Source of the DNA: a bacterium
GTDB lineage: Bacteria; Desulfobacterota; DSWW01
Length of the DNA stretch: 64,000 nucleotides
Reading direction: 5' to 3'
NCBI GenBank assembly: GCA_040756235.1
Contig: JBFLZG010000137.1
Location: forward strand, 21,493 to 85,492
Part shown: positions 60,982-64,000 of the stretch, one piece after another
Numbering within the stretch: the first letter of the stretch is position 1
Layout: every line of letters begins with the position of its first letter
Program-made: the position numbers and the translations under genes
The notes under the pieces: generated by a model
The model's input: the letters and a program-made list of their open reading frames with translations, nothing else
Database searches by the model: none
What the model was told of the DNA's origin: nothing

Positions 60982-61769
60982 GCTATGATGCGCGTGCGCA
61001 GAGGGTTGCCGTATCGGTGCAGGAAGATTTCGATGGGCTCATGGCGGGCGCCGAGGGGTGCGCGACGAGCCCCACGATCTCCCCGGACCGTTCGGCCGTC
61101 TACGCGGGGGACAGCCGCGGCTCGTTCTACGCTTTCGACGCGGAGGACGGACACCGACTCTGGCAGAATCCCCCGCAGCTGGGGAACATGCTCGGCAGCC
61201 CCACGGCGGCCGGCGACGACGGATCGATCTACGTGGCGACCGACGAGCGCCTGCACAAACTCCTGCCGGACGGAACGGTCCTCTGGTCCAAGACCTACCA
61301 CGAGTACGCCCGGCGGGAGGAGTGGGTGAAGAAGGTGGACGAGAACGGGGACGGCGTCGAGGATTACGTACGGTTCGCCATGCCGGCCGGACTGGCCGTC
61401 ACCTCGCCCAACCGGGTGCTCCTGCCCCTGACGCTGGGGTACCTGCTCCCCGACCAGGGGAGCAGCGTGGCCCTCTGGCCGACCCAGGCCGTGCTGGCCG
61501 TGCTCGACAGAGACGGGGAGATGGCGGCCGGCCCCTTCCCGGTCCCGGACGTTGTGGAGACCACGGCCTGCGCCGACAGGCACGGGAACGTGTATGTCGC
61601 GCACGTGTCGGCACTGAGCTCGGTTTGCAGCACCCTTTACTGCAAGCTGCATCTGGACCGCCTCGGGCTGCCCCTGGATGCGCCCATCGAGCCCGTGGGC
61701 GGCCTGAGCGTGCTTCGCGCCGCCGGCGCTGCGGGGGCGCCGCCGGCGAGAGGAAAGCAGCATCCGTGA
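60852..61769 (+). CDS. PQQ-like beta-propeller protein, 3' part (continues the previous ORF after a -1 shift)
   Basis: VANAAAVLPDPDDPTRTRVYVAA... and GSFYAFDAEDGHRLWQ, GSIYVATDERLHKLLPDGTVLW (BamB/PQQ-type blades). One extra base in the C4 run at 60848-60851 or the nearby G runs would fuse both parts into one ~620-aa protein. Confidence 0.6.
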   Translation: MANAAAVLPDPDDPTRTRVYVAARLAPESPESPVSVRLFRVDVSYDARAQRVAVSVQEDFDGLMAGAEGCATSPTISPDRSAVYAGDSRGSFYAFDAEDGHRLWQNPPQLGNMLGSPTAAGDDGSIYVATDERLHKLLPDGTVLWSKTYHEYARREEWVKKVDENGDGVEDYVRFAMPAGLAVTSPNRVLLPLTLGYLLPDQGSSVALWPTQAVLAVLDRDGEMAAGPFPVPDVVETTACADRHGNVYVAHVSALSSVCSTLYCKLHLDRLGLPLDAPIEPVGGLSVLRAAGAAGAPPARGKQHP

Positions 61770-61872
61770 GACCGCGGGTCCGACCGGAGCACCCCGGATT
61801 GCCGTCCGGAGCGAGATGGTCTAGTCTGCCATGGGATGACCATCCAATAGCTGTCGTTGAGGAAACGCACCC

Positions 61873-62688
61873 ATGCCCGAGCTGCCCGAAGTGGAGACCG
61901 TGCGGCGGAGCATCACACCCCTGATTCTCGGCAAGACCGTCGATTCCGTCGTGGTGCGCAGCCCGCAGCTCCGCTGGCCCGTGCCCCGGGGAATCGCCTC
62001 CCTGCTGGCCGGGCAGCGGGTGCGGGGGGTGGAACGGCGCGGCAAGTATCTGATCCTGAGGTTTGCAGCCGGCAGCGTCATCCTTCACCTGGGCATGTCC
62101 GGCCGCATTCTGATCTGCTCTCGAGACGCCGTGTACGATCGTCACGACCATATCGATTTGGTTTTCAAGGGCGGCCGGGCCTTGCGGCTGCGCGATCCGC
62201 GCCGCTTCGGGGCCCTGCTGTGGACCCGCGAAGACCCTCTTCGCCACCAACTGCTGTCGAGTCTCGGCCCCGAGCCTCTGGGCGACGGCTTTTCCGGATC
62301 CCATTTGTACCGGTGCGCCAGGGGCCGCAAGGCGCCGGTCAAGCACCTGATCATGGACGGCCGGGTGGTGGCCGGGGTCGGAAACATCTATGCCGCGGAG
62401 GCGCTTTTTGCCGCAGGCATCCACCCCGGCCGCGCCGCCGGACGCATCTCCCGGCCGCGCTGCGAGCGGCTCGCCGGGGCCATCCGCGAGGTGCTGGAAG
62501 AGGCCGTGGATTGCGGCGGCACCACGCTGCGCGATTTTCACGACCCCTCAGGGAGCCCTGGCCTGTTTCAGCCGAGACTGATGGTATACGGCAGGGAGGG
62601 GCAACCCTGCCGCGTCTGCGCCTCACCGGTCGCCAAGATCGCCCAGGGACAGCGCTCCACGTACTTCTGCAGGAGATGCCAGCGCTGA
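61873..62688 (+). CDS. mutM: formamidopyrimidine-DNA glycosylase (Fpg/MutM)
   Basis: MPELPEVETVRR N-terminus, the H2TH block, and the C-terminal zinc finger CRVCASPVAKIAQGQRSTYFCRRCQ. Confidence 0.95.
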   Translation: MPELPEVETVRRSITPLILGKTVDSVVVRSPQLRWPVPRGIASLLAGQRVRGVERRGKYLILRFAAGSVILHLGMSGRILICSRDAVYDRHDHIDLVFKGGRALRLRDPRRFGALLWTREDPLRHQLLSSLGPEPLGDGFSGSHLYRCARGRKAPVKHLIMDGRVVAGVGNIYAAEALFAAGIHPGRAAGRISRPRCERLAGAIREVLEEAVDCGGTTLRDFHDPSGSPGLFQPRLMVYGREGQPCRVCASPVAKIAQGQRSTYFCRRCQR

Positions 62689-62906
62689 ACGGATGCCGAG
62701 CCGGGCACATCCTTCTCCGGGAATGCTCGGGCCGCGGCCAACGGGACCGGGCTGAGGTGCTCGTGACCGAGCGCGGAGAGTCCGGCTGCGGCCGCCTTCG
62801 CCTGCCACCCCGGATACCGGAACAAGGCCGTCCTCCCCATCAGCACCGCCGACCGAGCGCGACAAAGATCGGGGCCCGAGGGCAAGTCGATACCTTCAGA
62901 TTTTTA

Positions 62907-62966
62907 TTGACAAGAGCTGAGGCGGGGCCGTATGCTGCCTCGGCCTTGAATAATGAAATTTCATTA
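62907..62966 (+). promoter_or_regulatory. sigma70-type promoter (TTGACA-18-TATGCT) with 16-bp perfect palindrome TAATGAAATTTCATTA as likely TetR operator
   Basis: The -35 is at 62907-62912, the -10 at 62931-62936 and the palindrome at 62951-62966, 25 nt before ATG 62991. Confidence 0.5.
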
Positions 62967-62990
62967 CTGTGTCGCGCCGGCGGGAGCGGA

Positions 62991-63629
62991 ATGGCCAAGG
63001 GAGCAGAGCAGAGAAGAGAACAAACGCGCGCGAAGATCCTGAGCGCGGCCGGCCGGCTCTTCAGCAGGAAGGGATACCACAATACGCAAGTCATGGATAT
63101 CTGCCACGAGGCACGCATCTCCGCCGGTACCTTCTACCTCTACTTTCAAAACAAGAGGGACCTTTTCGAGCACATCGCCAGGGAGACCCTGGAGGATGTG
63201 CGCACGAACCTGAAGAGGCTGAGGCAGCCGCGCGCGTCCGGAGACCTGCGGGAGCGTATGCAGCGGATCCGGGACACGTACACGACCTACTTCGACTACA
63301 TCGAGGCCAACCCGGAGCAGCTCCTGATGGTGCTCAGGGGCAGCTACGGCATCGACGAGGACATGGACGGGGCCGCATGGCGCTACCTGACCCGGTTCGC
63401 CGATGACATCGCCGAGGACTTCCAGAGCTGGCAGAAGCTGGGCGTTCTGCGCAAGTGCAACCCCGCCGTGCTGGGCCACATGGTGAACGGGATGACGCTG
63501 CAGGTGGCTCACAGCTACATCGTGGAGAAGAAGTTCACCCGGGAAGAGGCGCTGGAGACGCTGGTCGAAGTGAGCACGGCCATGCTGCGCTACTACCTGA
63601 CCGCGAAGGGCAGGAGGCTTCTCGGGTGA
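62991..63629 (+). CDS. TetR/AcrR family transcriptional regulator
   Basis: Start trimmed to ATG 62991 after GGGAGCGGA. The HTH block is ILSAAGRLFSRKGYHNTQVMDICHEARISAGTFYLYFQNKRDLF. Confidence 0.9.
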   Translation: MAKGAEQRREQTRAKILSAAGRLFSRKGYHNTQVMDICHEARISAGTFYLYFQNKRDLFEHIARETLEDVRTNLKRLRQPRASGDLRERMQRIRDTYTTYFDYIEANPEQLLMVLRGSYGIDEDMDGAAWRYLTRFADDIAEDFQSWQKLGVLRKCNPAVLGHMVNGMTLQVAHSYIVEKKFTREEALETLVEVSTAMLRYYLTAKGRRLLG

Positions 63630-63699
63630 CTCAGGGGCATCGGTCGGGTCTCCTCCCGGGTCTTTACCAGGCTACCCCTCTGCAGGAAGGAGTCGAGTG

Positions 63700-64000
63700 A
63701 TGGCAATCTTCAATGACGTCGAGCTCATCCGAAAAGTCTTCATCGATCTGTGGAATCACCTCATCGAAAAGACCGATTTCGGTCCGCAGATGCGGGAGGC
63801 CGGCCTGTCCGTGCTCTACGTGACCAAGGATCCGGACGTCTACATGTACGTCGACGGGAACGGGGTTTTGTTCGGTGAAGAGGCGCGGACCAAGGACGCC
63901 GTGATCACGATGTCCATGTCCGGGGACACGGTCCACAAGTTCTGGCTGAAGAAGCTCAACGTCACCAAAGCGCTCGCCCTGAGGCAGATCAAGGCCAAGG
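63700..64000 (+). CDS. SCP2 (sterol carrier protein 2-like) lipid-binding domain protein, 3' end outside window
   Basis: My own translation from ATG 63700 (after AGGAG): MAIFNDVELIRKVFIDLWNHLIEKTDFGPQMREAGLSVLYVTKDPDVYMYVDGNGVLFGEEARTKDAVITMSMSGDTVHKFWLKKLNVTKALALRQIKAK. The MSGDT.HKFW..KLN...A.....IK block is SCP2-like. The frame is open to the window end. Confidence 0.7.
   Translation, partial: MAIFNDVELIRKVFIDLWNHLIEKTDFGPQMREAGLSVLYVTKDPDVYMYVDGNGVLFGEEARTKDAVITMSMSGDTVHKFWLKKLNVTKALALRQIKAK

Overview
GC-rich, densely coding bacterial chromosomal window. I saw no rRNA, tRNA or CRISPR array. All family assignments come from motifs read in the translations and from recalled family knowledge; nothing was searched. 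The window splits into four blocks.
(1) 1-18.4 kb: a Wzx/Wzy-type exopolysaccharide locus. It holds an AlgD-type GDP-mannose dehydrogenase, three GT4 glycosyltransferases, a Wzy-like polymerase, two adjacent sulfotransferases, a secreted beta-helix enzyme, a Wzx flippase, an initiating sugar-phosphate transferase, two FemAB-like transferases plus a GNAT and a PaaK-like adenylating ligase, a Wza-like exporter and an outer-membrane barrel.
(2) 18.5-23 kb: an accessory stretch. It holds an internally duplicated 8-TM membrane protein, a 739-aa secreted protein built from about 13 tandem YATNASGSW repeats with a C-terminal TM-plus-basic tail, the only AT-rich segment, and a truncated, frameshifted tyrosine-integrase remnant bracketed by 16-bp direct repeats.
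(3) 23-58.2 kb: a large supercluster and the most interesting part.
- It has beta-oxidation-type genes (2 acyl-CoA dehydrogenases, 2 enoyl-CoA hydratases, 2 SDRs, a DUF35 + SCP-x-type thiolase pair), two CrtI-family flavoproteins and two about 70% identical TetR paralogs sharing a GAAC-N4-GTTC operator.
- It also has a PaaK-like ligase + 2x DUF2148 + fused double VAO/PCMH flavoprotein + HdrD/GlcF-like CCG Fe-S protein.
- Further genes are a Ycf48-like propeller, a wHTH-4Fe-4S protein and an MMPL transporter.
- The cluster ends with four tandem CruF/DUF422-like membrane proteins, a geranylgeranyl-reductase-like flavoprotein, an ALDH + Fe-ADH fusion and a CrtC-like hydratase.
- My working hypothesis is an O2-independent uptake, hydration and oxidation system for an isoprenoid-type lipid. 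It is not a carotenoid biosynthesis cluster, because no crtE/crtB is present.
(4) 58.2-64 kb: a lipoprotein esterase, a PQQ-like propeller lipoprotein split by a homopolymer frameshift, mutM, and a TetR + SCP2 pair.
A MITE-like repeat family with 13-15 bp terminal inverted repeats sits after stop codons across block 3. One copy is flanked by a TAGTTA duplication.
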